Shown piece after piece: positions 25,275 through 37,929 of a DNA stretch of 64,000 nucleotides (the stretch's first letter is position 1; every line of letters begins with the position of its first letter). Source of the stretch: Paraspadella gotoi (lineage: Eukaryota; Animalia; Chaetognatha); the NCBI GenBank assembly GCA_051294375.1, contig CM119269.1, positions 23,169,497 to 23,233,496 of the forward strand, written 5' to 3'. Both the position numbers and the translations under genes were made by a program. The notes under the pieces were generated by a model. It saw only the letters and a program-made list of their open reading frames with translations, had not been told where the DNA came from and made no database searches.

Positions 25275-27794
25275 GTAATAAGAATAATAATATCTATTGG
25301 TTTCCGAATGAATTTGATAGTATTGATTTTTCCCGCGCGTTTTTTTAGTCTAAATAAAAAAACAAAAATATAAAAAGATTAAATCGTCGAATTTATTTGT
25401 TTTGTTTCGATAAAAACAAAAAAAAATTTCGTTTTTATTAATATTTGTTTTGTGTGTGATGATATTTATCATTATTTAACATTTTCTTTTTCGTTGTGAG
25501 AATTTTTTTTGAGCAGAAAAACTTCGTGATTTTTCAACTTTTTCAGGTTCGGTAAGCAGAGAGAGCAGAGAGAGGGAGAGAGAGATGAGAAGCGAGATGA
25601 GAGGAAGGGAGGCCGGACAGAGTAGAGGATGAAGGAGCGGGAGGGAGGGAGGAATGGAGCAGGAGATCGGAGAGAGGAGAGGGTAGGAACTTCTCGGGGA
25701 GTCGGCAGGAGAGGGGAACGGGTTGAGAGAGTGAGCGGACGGGGAGGGAGAGGGGGATCGATTGACGAGTGCCGAGGTGAGTGGCGGAGCGAACGGAGGA
25801 GGGATGGATGGGCGGGAGGGGGAGGAGAGGGGAAGAGGAAGTGCGAGGATGGACGAGCGGGAGAGAAGTGGGAGCCGAGTGCGAGGCGGAAGGGGAAGAG
25901 GGAGAGAGGGGAATAGGCAGGAGAGAGGTATCAGGAGAAGAGGACGGACGACGGTGGAGGGCGCAGAGTGTGAGGACAGACGAAGAGGGAGAAGGGAGAG
26001 GAGAGCCATGGAGAGAGGAAAGGAAACGTCGGGAAAGAGGGAGAGAGGGAGGAGAGGCAGTAGAGGAGACTCGCGGAGAGGGCGGAGAGCGAGGCGTGAG
26101 GGGGAGGGAGGGTGTGGCGGCGGAGTCGGCGAGGGGGAGGGGTCGAAGAGACAAACATGAGTGATGGATAGGGCAAGGAGAAGGAGGCGAAGGAGCGGAG
26201 GGGCGATGGGAGAAGAGGGACGAGGAGGCGTGGGCAGAGAGGAGAGGCCGGGATCGCTGTGGAGCTGTGTGGGAGTCGGGGACGAGAGGGAGGCGATCAG
26301 TGGACAGGGTATATGGAGATCTAACACGCGTCGGACGAGAGGTGGGAGGGAGGCAAGATAGTGGAGGAGAGAGAAGGGACGAGGAGGGAGGGAGGGAGGA
26401 AGGGAGTCACGCGGATGAGAGGTCGAGAGGATGGAGAAGCAAGGGAAGGAGGCGGTGAGCGGAGAGAGAGAGGAGAGGAGGAAGATGGGAAGACGAGGAG
26501 AGAAGAGAGCGAGAGGAGACGACGGGAGCGATAGGAGGAGAAGAGAGAGGAGAGAGAAGTTATATAACTCCCAGCCTTTCCTACAACTCACACAGTTCGG
26601 CCTCGTGAATTCGGGAAACACCCAGGGGTCGCGATTCACAGACTGAAAATAAAACAAATATAATATATTTAAATATAATCGTAAACATTATTTGATTATT
26701 AAACCAAGCTTATAAATAGTAAATTTTTTTTTAAAGTTGAAGTGAAAGCATTATAATTTTTTTTACAATTTGGGAAAAAAAACCGAAGAAAACAAGTTAA
26801 ATTCATTAATGAAAACAAAAGGCCAAAGATGAACGAGGAAGGAAGCAAAAAGAGATGTAAGACCAGAGGAGAATAAGAGAGACGAGAGAAAGAGGAAGAG
26901 AGTGAGCAGAAAGAACTAAAGAAGAGGAAAGATAGAGTGAGAGGTGAAAGAAAGTGATGAGAGAGAGAGAGAGACGACAGGACGAGAGAAAGAGAAAAGA
27001 GGAGAGAGAATAAGAAGAGAAGAGAGTGAGAGGGAAAGAAAGAGAGAGAGAGAGAGAGGAAAGGAGAGAAAAAAAAAAAAAAAAAAAGAAAAAGAAGAGA
27101 GAGAGAGAGAGAGAGAGACGACGAGAGAGAGAAAGAAATAAAGAAAGAGAAAGAGAGGTGAGAGAGCAAGAAAGAGAGAGAGAAGAGAGAGATAGAGAGA
27201 GAAAAAAAAAAAAGAGAGAAAGAGAGAGAGAGAGAGTCAGAGTCGAGAGAAATCGCGACCGTCGGTGAATGTAGCGTCACGCTGACCTACAGGTCATCGA
27301 TTTAAGGAAAAAGACTTTAATAAATAATTTAGGCTCAAAAATATTTAAAAGAATAATTTTAACAGAAAATAATACTAATACTAATACGTTTAAGAAAATT
27401 ATATTAACTGCACTTAATACCAAGAATTGTCTAATATATAAAAAAACCTGATAATTAAATTAATATTAAATGCATAAGAATTTATTTCGGAGTCAGGGAT
27501 ACATCCGCCTTCTATTAATTAGCTAAATATTTTCTTTTTTATTAAAAAAAATAATTTTAAACAAAAAGAATATAATTAATTATTATCAATTAACATTCTT
27601 TCTCAGTATCTCTGTTCTTTGATCCTGTCTCTATCTTTTTCTGACTCTGTCTCTTTTTCAGACTGTTCCCTTTATTTTCCAACTATATCTCTATTTTCTT
27701 TGACTCTGTCTCTATCTTTTTCTCAGCGCGGAGTCGAGTCAAGGCGCTGTTCGTCTTTCCGCCGGGCAAAGTTTAACCGGTCTCCTCGGCCCCT

Positions 27795-27931
27795 TGCCCT
27801 CAGCCTCGTGCCTTAGCCTCGTGCCCTTAGCCCTGCCATTAGCCACTTGCCCTTAACCCGTGCCCTCAGCCTCGTGCCCTCGTGGCCTCTGGCCGTACTC
27901 CCGCCCCGACCCCGAGGCGGGTATTTAAAAG
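27795..27931 (+). promoter_or_regulatory. Candidate promoter of the Kazal gene: ~14-bp GC repeat array, GC box, TATTTAAAAG
   Basis: ~6 x tgccctcagcctcg-like units, cccgcccc at 27900, TATA-like box at 27922; CAG acceptor sits just before ATG 29250, implying an upstream UTR exon. Confidence 0.35.
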
Positions 27932-29156
27932 CACCACACCTCAGACGGGGAGGGAGGAGAGAGAGAGAGAGGAGAGAGGAGAGCAGAGAGAGAGAGAGAT
28001 AACTGAGTAACAGGATGATGACGCAAAATGATTGATATTATCTACGAAAAAACAACAATGACAGTGATGTTTGGGAATGATTGATTGATATGATTAATTG
28101 ATTTCTGATGATCATGATTGATATATCCACGATGATGATGATAATGGTGATGATTATGATGTGATGATGAAGAAAATGACGATGATGATTGATGATTGAT
28201 GATTACGACGACAAAAGTTTGATATTTCATTCCTTTTATATTCGAGTATGGATGAGAAGAGAGGAGAGAGAAGGAAGAGGAAGAAGAGAGAATGAGAAGG
28301 AAGCGAGGAGGCAGGAGAAGAAAGAAGAGAGGAAGAGGAAGGAAGAGGCAAGCAAGAGGAGCGATGGAACGGAGGAGAGAGGAGAAGAAGAGGAAGAGGT
28401 GGAGGAGGAAGAAGAGTAGAAGAAGTAAGAAGAGGAAGAGGATCAATCCATCGGCCACCGATAGAAAATAATTGACTCGAATTGACTCGAGTACATTTTT
28501 TATTTAATTAACCAAAGTAAAAATCATTTATTTATTTATTTTTATTTATTTGTTAATTTATTTATTTAAAATTTATTCCATAAACCCCTTCTATGTATTT
28601 TGTGAGAAAATACTGCAGATGGCATTTGTTTTTCAAACATTTAGCCGTCGCGACATCTTTGAAGAAAAAAGTCGAGTTATAAACAAAAGACGTAGAGGAA
28701 AATCATTCAGTATTACTATTAGGGAATTACTATTAGGGAATTAGGGAAATGTTTATTGTTCATAGTTGTCATTATCTGTTCGAAATATTGTTCTTTAAAA
28801 TCGGTTAAAGCGATTATACGATAAAAAAAAAAAAAAAAAATTAGCAAACGAGAGAAAAGATTTTAGAGATTATTTTTGCTTTTACCTTAAAATTTGAAAT
28901 AAAATCAAAAAGAACAATTAAAAAGAGAGAAATTTTAAAAAGCGAAGGAGCAACCTTCGCCTCTGAAGAGGAAAAAGAAAGGTAAAGTAAAGTAAAGTAA
29001 AGAAAAGTTAAATAAATTAAAGTAAAGTAAAGTAAAGTAAAGTAAAGTAGAGCTAAATGTAGTAAGGTAACGTAAAATAATATTAGGTGATGCAAAAATA
29101 AAAAAAACGAAGAAAATCTACTGAAATTTATAATTGTTTAATTGTTTAATTTGCAA

Positions 29157-29226
<70 letters not shown>

Positions 29227-29249
29227 TACTTTAATTAACTAAACTCAGT

Positions 29250-29447
29250 ATGACGACGACGTCGATAATAAAGACGCTGTTGTTAACGACGATAATGACG
29301 ACGACGACGACGACAGAAGAGTCATCTTGCGACGATTACGAGCAGTTTTGTCGCGATCAACAAAAGAGCAACGGAGCTTTGAACAGAACACTGTGCGATA
29401 ATAACGGAGTCACTTGGAATGACAACTGTGGTTTCGTCAAGAGTCAG
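29250..29447 (+). CDS. First coding exon of secreted Kazal/follistatin-like domain protein
   Basis: Weak signal peptide then CDDYEQFC-x14-CDNNGVTWNDNCGFVKSQ (C-x10-C-x6-C spacing, G.T[YW]..C motif); CAG|GTGGGA phase-0 donor. Confidence 0.75.
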
Positions 29448-30459
29448 GTGGGAATAAATGTAGAAAAAATAGTAATAATAGACATAATTGTCTAATAAAG
29501 GGAAAAATAAATGGAATGAACAAATGAAGAGATATTTATTGTAACAAATGTAATAATTTTGTCTTCAATAACTATAAAATTTGTACAATCGATATAAAAA
29601 TTAAAATATTATATAATATTTCTCTTTCTCTCTTAAACTTGTTTCTATTCAATATTTCTTCAAAATGTTTCCCCCTCTTTCCTCTCCTCCACCTCTCCCT
29701 CTTCTGCTTCGTTCTCCCTCTCCATCCACCTCTTCCCTTCTCTCTCTGCTCGCTCCAATCCACTGCTTGCCCCCCTCCTTCCTTCTCTCTCTCTCCCCAT
29801 CTCTCCTCTCGCCTCTCTCTCGTTCTCCCAACCCTCTTCCTCTCTCATCCTTCCTCTCTCTCTTCGTCTCGTTCGCGTTCTCCCTCTCCCCACCTCTCCT
29901 CTTCTCTCCTTCTTCCTCTTTCGCTTCCACCGCGGTGCTCATTCTCCGTGTTCCCATGGCCGTTCAGTGTCCTTTCACTGCTTAGATCGGCATTCTCCCG
30001 TTATTTCCTCGTCGTCTCTCCTCTCCTCGTTCTCCCTCCAATCTCCCTCTCTCTCCTGTATCTCCCCTCTCCGATCCAGACGGCATCCCTCTTTTCCCTC
30101 CTCAATTCTCTTCTCTCGTCACTCTTTCTTTGCTCCCTCTCCGGCGATCCGACCTCGCGTCATTTTCCCTTCTCTCTCTCTCTCTCTGTCTCTCGTCCGT
30201 CTCGCTCTGCTCTCATCTACCTCTTTGTCCTTACCTAACTCGTCGCTGTCCCTCTTTCTCTTGCTCTCTCCTTCGGACCTCTCGATCTGCTCGTCATTCT
30301 CCTTCACCTCTCTTCCAATCCGCGCGCGCTCTCTCTCCTTTACACCCCCTCGCCGGTCTTCTTTTCTTTGCCCCCTCGTCGGCCTCGAGTCAAACTACCT
30401 CTGTCCCCCTCCCGCCTCTCTCTCTCCCTCTTCGCTCTCCCTCTCCCTCCCCCTTACAG

Positions 30460-30696
30460 TTTGCGACGCCATGGTCTGTCCGCGTAAGATTCTCTTCGTC
30501 ACGGGCGAAGGCCCTGTTCTCCCGCCCATCTGATTCTGTCGAGCTTGTGTCGGGCCTGGCCGCCGCCCTGTAACATGTTGTCCCTAGTACGACGATACCC
30601 TAGCGGTGTCAAGCCAGGACTCTTCCAGGCCTCAACGTGGACAGTGGGCTCAGTGAGCAACGTGGACAGGATCAAGCGCCACACATTTCCTGTGGG
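30460..30696 (+). CDS. Kazal gene exon 2 in error-rich sequence; second noisy copy ~31905-32136
   Basis: Pyrimidine tract + CAG, then CDAM...RKILFV..EGP completing the Kazal C5...GxC6 end; frame corrupted by indels. Confidence 0.55.
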
Positions 30697-33600
30697 TTGA
30701 GGATGTAAGAGAAAACTGGGGGAGTATAATTATGATGGGAGAAATTGAGTGCGAATGCGATACATTAAGGGTTGGTAAATTGAGTTGTTGGTGGAAATTG
30801 AAGGTTAAAAATTTCATGAGTGGAAATTAAGCCGACCCACAGTGGCTCTCTGGCCACGATTACCCAACAGAAAATATTATCATTTTCGCCCAAATTTCGA
30901 TCCCCACAATATCCTTTTCCACACACAGTATCTCTCCCCGTCTCAAGTATATCTAACCCCTATCTAACCCACAATATCTAACCCCCTCTATCCTTCCCCG
31001 CCTATCTATTCCTATCTATCCATCTTATTCTAATTATCTTATCGCCTATCTATCCTACTATTCTTCCCGCCTATCTATTCCTATCTATTTTATTCCTCTC
31101 TATCCTTCCCTGCGCCTATCTATCCTATTCTATCTATCTATCATATCTCTCTTCCCTGACCTATCTATCCTATCTATCTTTATCTATCCTATCTATCCTT
31201 CCCTGCCTAGTCTATGTATTTATCCTTCCCCGCCTATCTATCCTATCTATCCTATTCTATCCTTCCCCGCCTATCTATCCCTTGCNNNNNNNNNNNNNNN
31301 NNNNNNNNNNTCCCCTCTCTCTCTCTCTCTCTCCTGCTCTTCTCCTCTCTTACCTCTCTCCTACCCTTCTCTCTCTGTCGTACTCTTTCTCTCCCTCTCC
31401 TCCCCCCTCTCTCTATCTCTCCCTTCCCCTTCTTCTTCTCATCTCCTTCCTCTCTCTCTCCTTCCTCTCTCTTCTCCTTCCCGTCTCTCTCTCTTCCTTT
31501 CCTCCTCTCCTCTCCTCCCCCTCTCTCTCCCCCTCTTCCTACTGCTCTTCTCCGTTTTCTCTCTCTCTCGCCCTCTTTCTTCTCTCTCTCTCCTTCCCCT
31601 CTCCCTCTCTCCCCAACCCTCTCGTCTCTTCTTTTCCCCTCTCCTCATCTCTCCTCCTCCCCTCTCCCAGTCTGCCGCCCTTGCCAGATCTCTCCTGAGC
31701 CTCCCCAACGTCTCGCCCGCCCTCCCTACTCCTCTTCCCCTCTCCCTGCTCCCTCGCCTCTCATACTCTCTCTCTCCCAATTCGCTCTCTCCCTAACCCT
31801 CTCCCCTCTTTCTCCTCCGCCTCTCCTCCTACCGCTATCCCTCTCTCTCCCCCTCCCTCTCCCAGCCCGATCTCTCTACTCCCTCTTCCTCATCCTCTCC
31901 TCCCCTGCTACATCGATCCGCGCCTTACTAGGTGCGTCGTCACGCGATAAGACTTCCTCGTCGTAATCACGGCGCGCAAAAGCCCCTGTTCCCGACCCAT
32001 CGATTTCTGTCCGGCTTTGTCGGTCCCGTTGCGCGTAGCTGGACGACAACGCGCAAGTCAACGTGGGTATCCTCCAGTGTGAGCACTACCGAGGGACCCA
32101 AACCCTGCAATCAATGCCCAACATCTTCCTGTGGTGTTTTGAGGAGGAAAACTGGAATTTTTGGGAAACGATGAACAAGGGTCGAAATTCCTAAGAGGCT
32201 TGGTATTAAGTAGGGTAACTACTGAAGGGATGGAAATTGAGTTTGCGTCGGAATATTCGAAAGACGTTAAAAAATTTAATGAGTGGCAAATTTAACCGAC
32301 CCAACAAGGCGCTCTCTCTGGCCACGATTACCCCAACAGAAAAACATATATCATTTTCCGCCCAAATTCGATCCCCACAATATTCCTCTCCACACAGCAG
32401 TAATTACCTCCTCCCGTCTCCAATTATCTAAACCCCTATCTAACCCCACATTATCTAACCCCCTCCTTATCCTTCCCCGCTATCTATATCCATAATCTAT
32501 CCATCTTATTCTAATTCATTCTTATCCGCCTATCTTCCTATCTATCTTCCCGCCTATCTATCCTGATTCTATTATTCCTCTCTATCCTTCCCTGTTCCAT
32601 TATCTTCCTATCTATCTTAATCTATCTATCATATCTCTCCTTCCCTGGACTAACCTACATTTCTCATCACTTCCCTCTATCATCTATTATCCATTCGCCT
32701 ATTATCTATCCATCATACTCCTGGCCGATCCTATCTATATATCACCACTAAATCCTCCGCCCATAATTACCATCACGTCCTCATCTTGACTCCCTATCCT
32801 ATCTATCTTGCCCGCCATAATTCTTGATCTATCTATCTATCCATCTATCCTTCCGCTGCCTATCTATCCTATCTATTCTATCCTAATCTATCTATCCTTT
32901 CATTGCCTTTCTATATAAGAGCTTACCCAAATTTTAAATTAAACCAGTTGAGAGGTCACGAACTCATATCTTGATCGTAGGTTCTCTTTTTCTGTAGAAG
33001 ACGATTGGGACTGATTAAACCTGAAAAAAACTTGACCGGAAGAAGGAACTCTCCCAGAGTTTCCAAGTGATCGAGTCACTTTTGCAGGTTTTTCTTTGAT
33101 CGTAGATAATCTTATATGTGAAATTAATTTAAAGGATTTTTATAAAATAATGATTAAATCAATACTTTGCATTTGATTTTGAAATATAATTTTTGTTTGT
33201 AAACTTTATATGTTTTTAATTAAAACCTTTATTTTTAATAAATTTATTAATAATATAATATTTATATAATATAACAAATATAAAGAATATCATTAGCTTT
33301 TGATAAAATACTTACTAAAAGTTATTAAACTTAAATTTTGTGAAGAATAAATATTAAAAAAATAATATTTAGCAGTACTTTACTAAAAAATAAAATCAAA
33401 ATACACAATTATTAACAACTTTTAAAAACTAAAAAAAAAAAGATTTAAAAAATTCCTAAATACTATTCTCCACTAACTTTTTTATAAATTTTTGAGCTCT
33501 ATTATTGGCTTTAAATTTGCCCTGATATAACCAGAGAACTGTCCAAAATTTTAGGATCAAATTGATCAATAATTTTTGCAGAATCTGCTTAAGTTCTATG

Positions 33601-35237
33601 CTTTTAGTAAATATCAAAAGTGTTTTGGAAAATGGCCCAACATACTACTTTATGTGCTATGCAGTAAAATTGTTTTTCTCCAAGAATACAATCTATAAAC
33701 TTTATTGTTTTAAAAACAGATAAATCTTAAACAGTATTCATAACACAAAATTAAAGTAAAACATTTTGTCAAATCTACTTGGTTTTTGCCTCTTTATTTA
33801 GATAGCTAGTCTTGTCACTAATATTATGACTCACAGTAATGTTTTGTAGAATATGTTATCAAACCATAATAAACTAAGGGCGAAAATATTTATATTCTAA
33901 TTAGTATTGCATTAGTTATAGATTTACAACAACATGCGCCAAGATTAAATACAAAAGATATGTAAAAAATTTATCCTGTAAATAGAGTAAACCAAAAACT
34001 TTTCTTCCTCTCTGTTTGAGAATTTGACTCTTTTGGTGGAAGAATTAGTGAATGGACCTCTGAATGAGAGTCGGTATTGTTGATAACAGAAAGTTACAAT
34101 CTTAGGACGTATGGATAAAGGCTTTGCTGCACACTGTTCTAGCCTGATTGCGTCATTTTTTTTTATTGCCAAGTCTAAACTCAGTCGTTTAAACTCTTAT
34201 TAATATAAATCTTATTAACTACAGTTCACAGTTATTTTATGGTCATATAGTTTAAACAGAACTGCAATGATTATTAGTTCAGACAACAAATCCATATCAA
34301 AACCTCCTCTTTCTTAAGTCCAAACCAACAATAAAAAAGCGCCGGATAATTAAATTCAGGAAAACGTATGAACCTAGTTTGATGAATCCGTTAATATATA
34401 AAAAAAGTTAATATGATTATGCAGTACAATCGAAAAAAAAACTGGCCAGCGCTGAGCTCTTATGTCGTTTTATGTGAAGAGATTTCCAGAAGTACAATAG
34501 AAACATATGTAGCAACATTATAGTACAATGAGCATATTAATGTGGTTCACTTATTTATAAAGGTTGTTATATAAACAGAAACCAAAATGTTTTATTCAGC
34601 ATTATACAACGACTATTATAATGCATAATAATGGTTCGACTCTCGCTTTTATGAGGTCTTCGTTCAGCGGTGTTGACCTCAACAGATTCGGTTTCACAAA
34701 GATTCCCTAGTCCAACAAAGAATTAAAGAAAAAGATAGTGTCACAAATGAGGATAGGTTTGAGGTAGAATAAGGAAGGAGAGAGATCGTTGAATAAATTT
34801 GAAACTAGTAAAAGAGGATAGATAAGAGAGAAAGTGAGACGGGAAAAATCATTAATATTAAGCAGATATACAACAAAGATAGATTTAAAATTAAGGCAAA
34901 CTTAATTTTAAACTAAAGAAATAATAATAATAAAAGGTAAATAAGTTAGATAATGAATATAAGTAAAATGAAATAGAAAAAATAAGTGTGTTAGGGATTG
35001 CGATAAGATAAGAGTAAGGGAAAATAAGTAAAGAAAAAGAGCTCAAATTGCCAAATGTAGTGATTTTTCCCTCTCTCTCTTACCATTCAAATTTATTCCA
35101 CTCTCTCTCCTTCCCTATCCTCACCTTCTCTTGTTCCTCCACATCCTTTCTTAATTCTTTGTTGGAAACTTTCTTTACTCTTCTCTCCTCTCTCTCACCA
35201 ACTCACATGTTTGTGAAACCAAAATCTGTTGAGTCAA

Positions 35238-35275
35238 ACCACTGATGAAGACTCGAAAAAAGCAAGAAATCAAAA
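35238..35275 (+). ncRNA. Second possible hammerhead motif (inverted copy 34632-34672)
   Basis: CTGATGA-a-gactc here; other copy reads ctgaacgaagacctc...gagtc-GAAC. Stems I and III not recoverable. Confidence 0.35.
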
Positions 35276-35924
35276 TATATCGACCTTTATTGTTGCATAA
35301 AATTGTTTTATTGCCTAAATTAATCATTTTTCCATTAAATTTAAAATATATAATGAAAAAAAGATTTAACACAACAGTTTTGATATATTAACTTTATGCA
35401 TTTAATAGTACCTCACCACTTTTCAAAAATATTGACTATTTTATTTTATAGATTAATAGTTAGTCATATGATCTGCAATTTTTATATAATCACCTGCCAG
35501 CACACCTATAACATTCATAATTAATACATATTATCCACATTCCTACCAAATATTATTTAAAAAATTATGTAGGCATAAAAACGATGTTATGAATATTTAA
35601 AAAAATTTAAGTCAGACTGACAGAACGAACAAAACCTACCCAAACCAACTTAAAGAAAAAAATGATTTAAATGCCTCCCAAGCACTCGTACCCAGCTAAA
35701 AAAGTTAGATAACTTTATCTAATAACTAACATCTAAATAACTTTTTAGACAGTTTTAGACCAGTTTTAATGTCTTTTAAAGACCAAAAAAGAACCTATTA
35801 AAATGAGTTGCTGAAATTTTATATAAGCCATGATGCGATAAAACCTTTCGTTTTCGTATGTTGTTATGATTTAGAGAAAAAAACAAAGTTTTTATTGTGT
35901 TACAACCGAATTTAATTTAGAGAT

Positions 35925-35967
35925 AACGCGAATGTTCGGCTCACATTTCGAGCCTTCATCAGACGTT
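35925..35967 (-). ncRNA. Minimal type I hammerhead ribozyme motif (inverted copy 36609-36656, + strand)
   Basis: Consensus of two noisy copies: aacgc-CTGATGA-a-ggctc[gaaatgt]gagcc-GAAAC-at-GTC-gcgtt; core boxes plus stems I and II and minimal stem III. Neither single copy is perfect. Confidence 0.65.
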
Positions 35968-36018
35968 TGCCATAAGGAAAATTATTTGTTGCAAAAAAAG
36001 GGGGCTGTTGCAGAGAGC

Positions 36019-36049
<31 letters not shown>

Positions 36050-37929
36050 AGAGGTATAAAGGTTTTCCAACAAAGTGGTGAGACAGAAATAGTGGTCAGA
36101 TGCAGAGAACAGGCTGAAGGAGGGACAGATTGAGTGAGTTTGAAAAGAAATGAAATTGTAGAGCAGAAGAGAGAGAGAGAGAGCAGAGAGAGAGGACAAC
36201 AGGGATAAATAAATAAGTATTAAAGATACATTTTGTAATGTACAACAAAAGCTAAAAAATTTTGAAAAACTAAATCGTCAAGTAGCAGTTTAACAAGTTA
36301 TTCTAATTTAAATAGTTAGCTAATTTACAAAACTCATCTTTAATATCTTATTTATTTATTCCCTGTTGTCCCTCTCTCTCTCTCTCTCTCTCTCCCTCTT
36401 CTCTAACAAATTTCATTTCTTTTCACAAAACCTCACTCAATCTTGTCCTCAACTTCAGGCCTGTTCTCTCATCTGACCACTATTTGTCTCACCACTTTGT
36501 GGAAAACCTTTACCTCTATCTCTCTCTCTCTCTCTCTCTCATCTCTCTCTCTTCTCTTCTTTCTCTCTCACACCCTTCTTTTTCGCCACAAATATTTTTC
36601 CTATGGCAAACGCTGCAATGAAGGCCTCGAAATGTTGAGCCGAAAACATGTCCGTATCTCTAATTAAATTCCAACGTTGTAACACAATTAAATAACTTTG
36701 TTTTTTCTCTAAATATATTTAAGCCATAAAGAGCTCAAAAATTCTAAAAAGTTATGAAGAATATAATTATTAAATTTTTAATCATATTTTATTTTCTTTA
36801 TTTTTTAAAGTTATAATATTATGTATTTTGATTTATTCAGCTGAGTACTGATAATATTATTTTGAATATTTATTTCTTTCACAAAAATTTAGGAATAACT
36901 TTTATAAGTATTTATCAAAAAACTTAATAATTCATACTTTATATCTTTATTATATTATATAATATTTATATTATTAATAAAATTTATTAAAAATCAAAGG
37001 TTTAATTAAAATAAAAGTCTACATCAAAATATATTTCAAAATCAAAATCAAATTATTGATAATCATTACTTATTAAAAAAATCTCTTTAAATTAATTTCA
37101 CATATAAGATTACGATTCAAAGGAAAAGAAAAACGCAAAAGTACTCGATCACTTGGAAAACTCGGAGAGTTCCTTTTTCCGGTCAAGTATTTTTCAGGTT
37201 TATCAGTCCCAATGTTCAATTCTACAAGACAAAAAAGAACCTAATTAAAATGAGTCCGTGACCCTTCATCTGGTTTTTGTAATTGAAAATGGGTAACTCT
37301 GACTATCTATCCTATCGTATCTCTGCCTACTGCTATCATCTATCATCTAATCTCCCGTTTCTTCACAAGAGCAGTGATCCCGATGGAACACTGTCTCAAG
37401 ATGGATGTGTGTCAGTGCCGTCGCAGGCATGTGCAGGAAGGTTGCGAAGTCGAGAACGTGAATTCTGATGCCGAAGGTATTCCCAAGAAGAAGCGATCAT
37501 TCCCAGCCTGGGAGAGCCTTGGTCAGTCAGCTCGGGGTCGGTCGGTCTGTTCGTCATACGATAGGCCGCTCAGTCTGGTCTGTTTTGGCCGGGTCGGTCT
37601 GTCTCTCGGTCAATCAGTCAGTCAGTCATCAGTCTTTATTCTTACTCCTTTCTAGGCATGTTGCGTGCATTTGTGCATGTCTACCTAGTTTGACAGACTA
37701 AGATTACAATTGATGAATTAACTAATTAACTAATTTAAGGTCAGCAAAGTCTAAATACGAGAACTAGATTGTGAAACTCAACGCTCATACTAAAGATTAC
37801 CAGAGACCATCGTCTGGCAATACATCATCAACTATTCTGTATCATAATCATCAAAAGATTTGATAACAGACTATAAATCTCTTAGAAATTAACATTCTTT
37901 ACTTGACAAAATTCTACCTTCGAGATCAC

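Noticed and set aside
25476-27280. Long SL/ER-rich ORFs here and at 29639-31966, 39937-40575, 43558-44322, 60870-63045
   Set aside because: Translations of (AG)n/(CT)n/(GAC)n microsatellites, which lack stop codons
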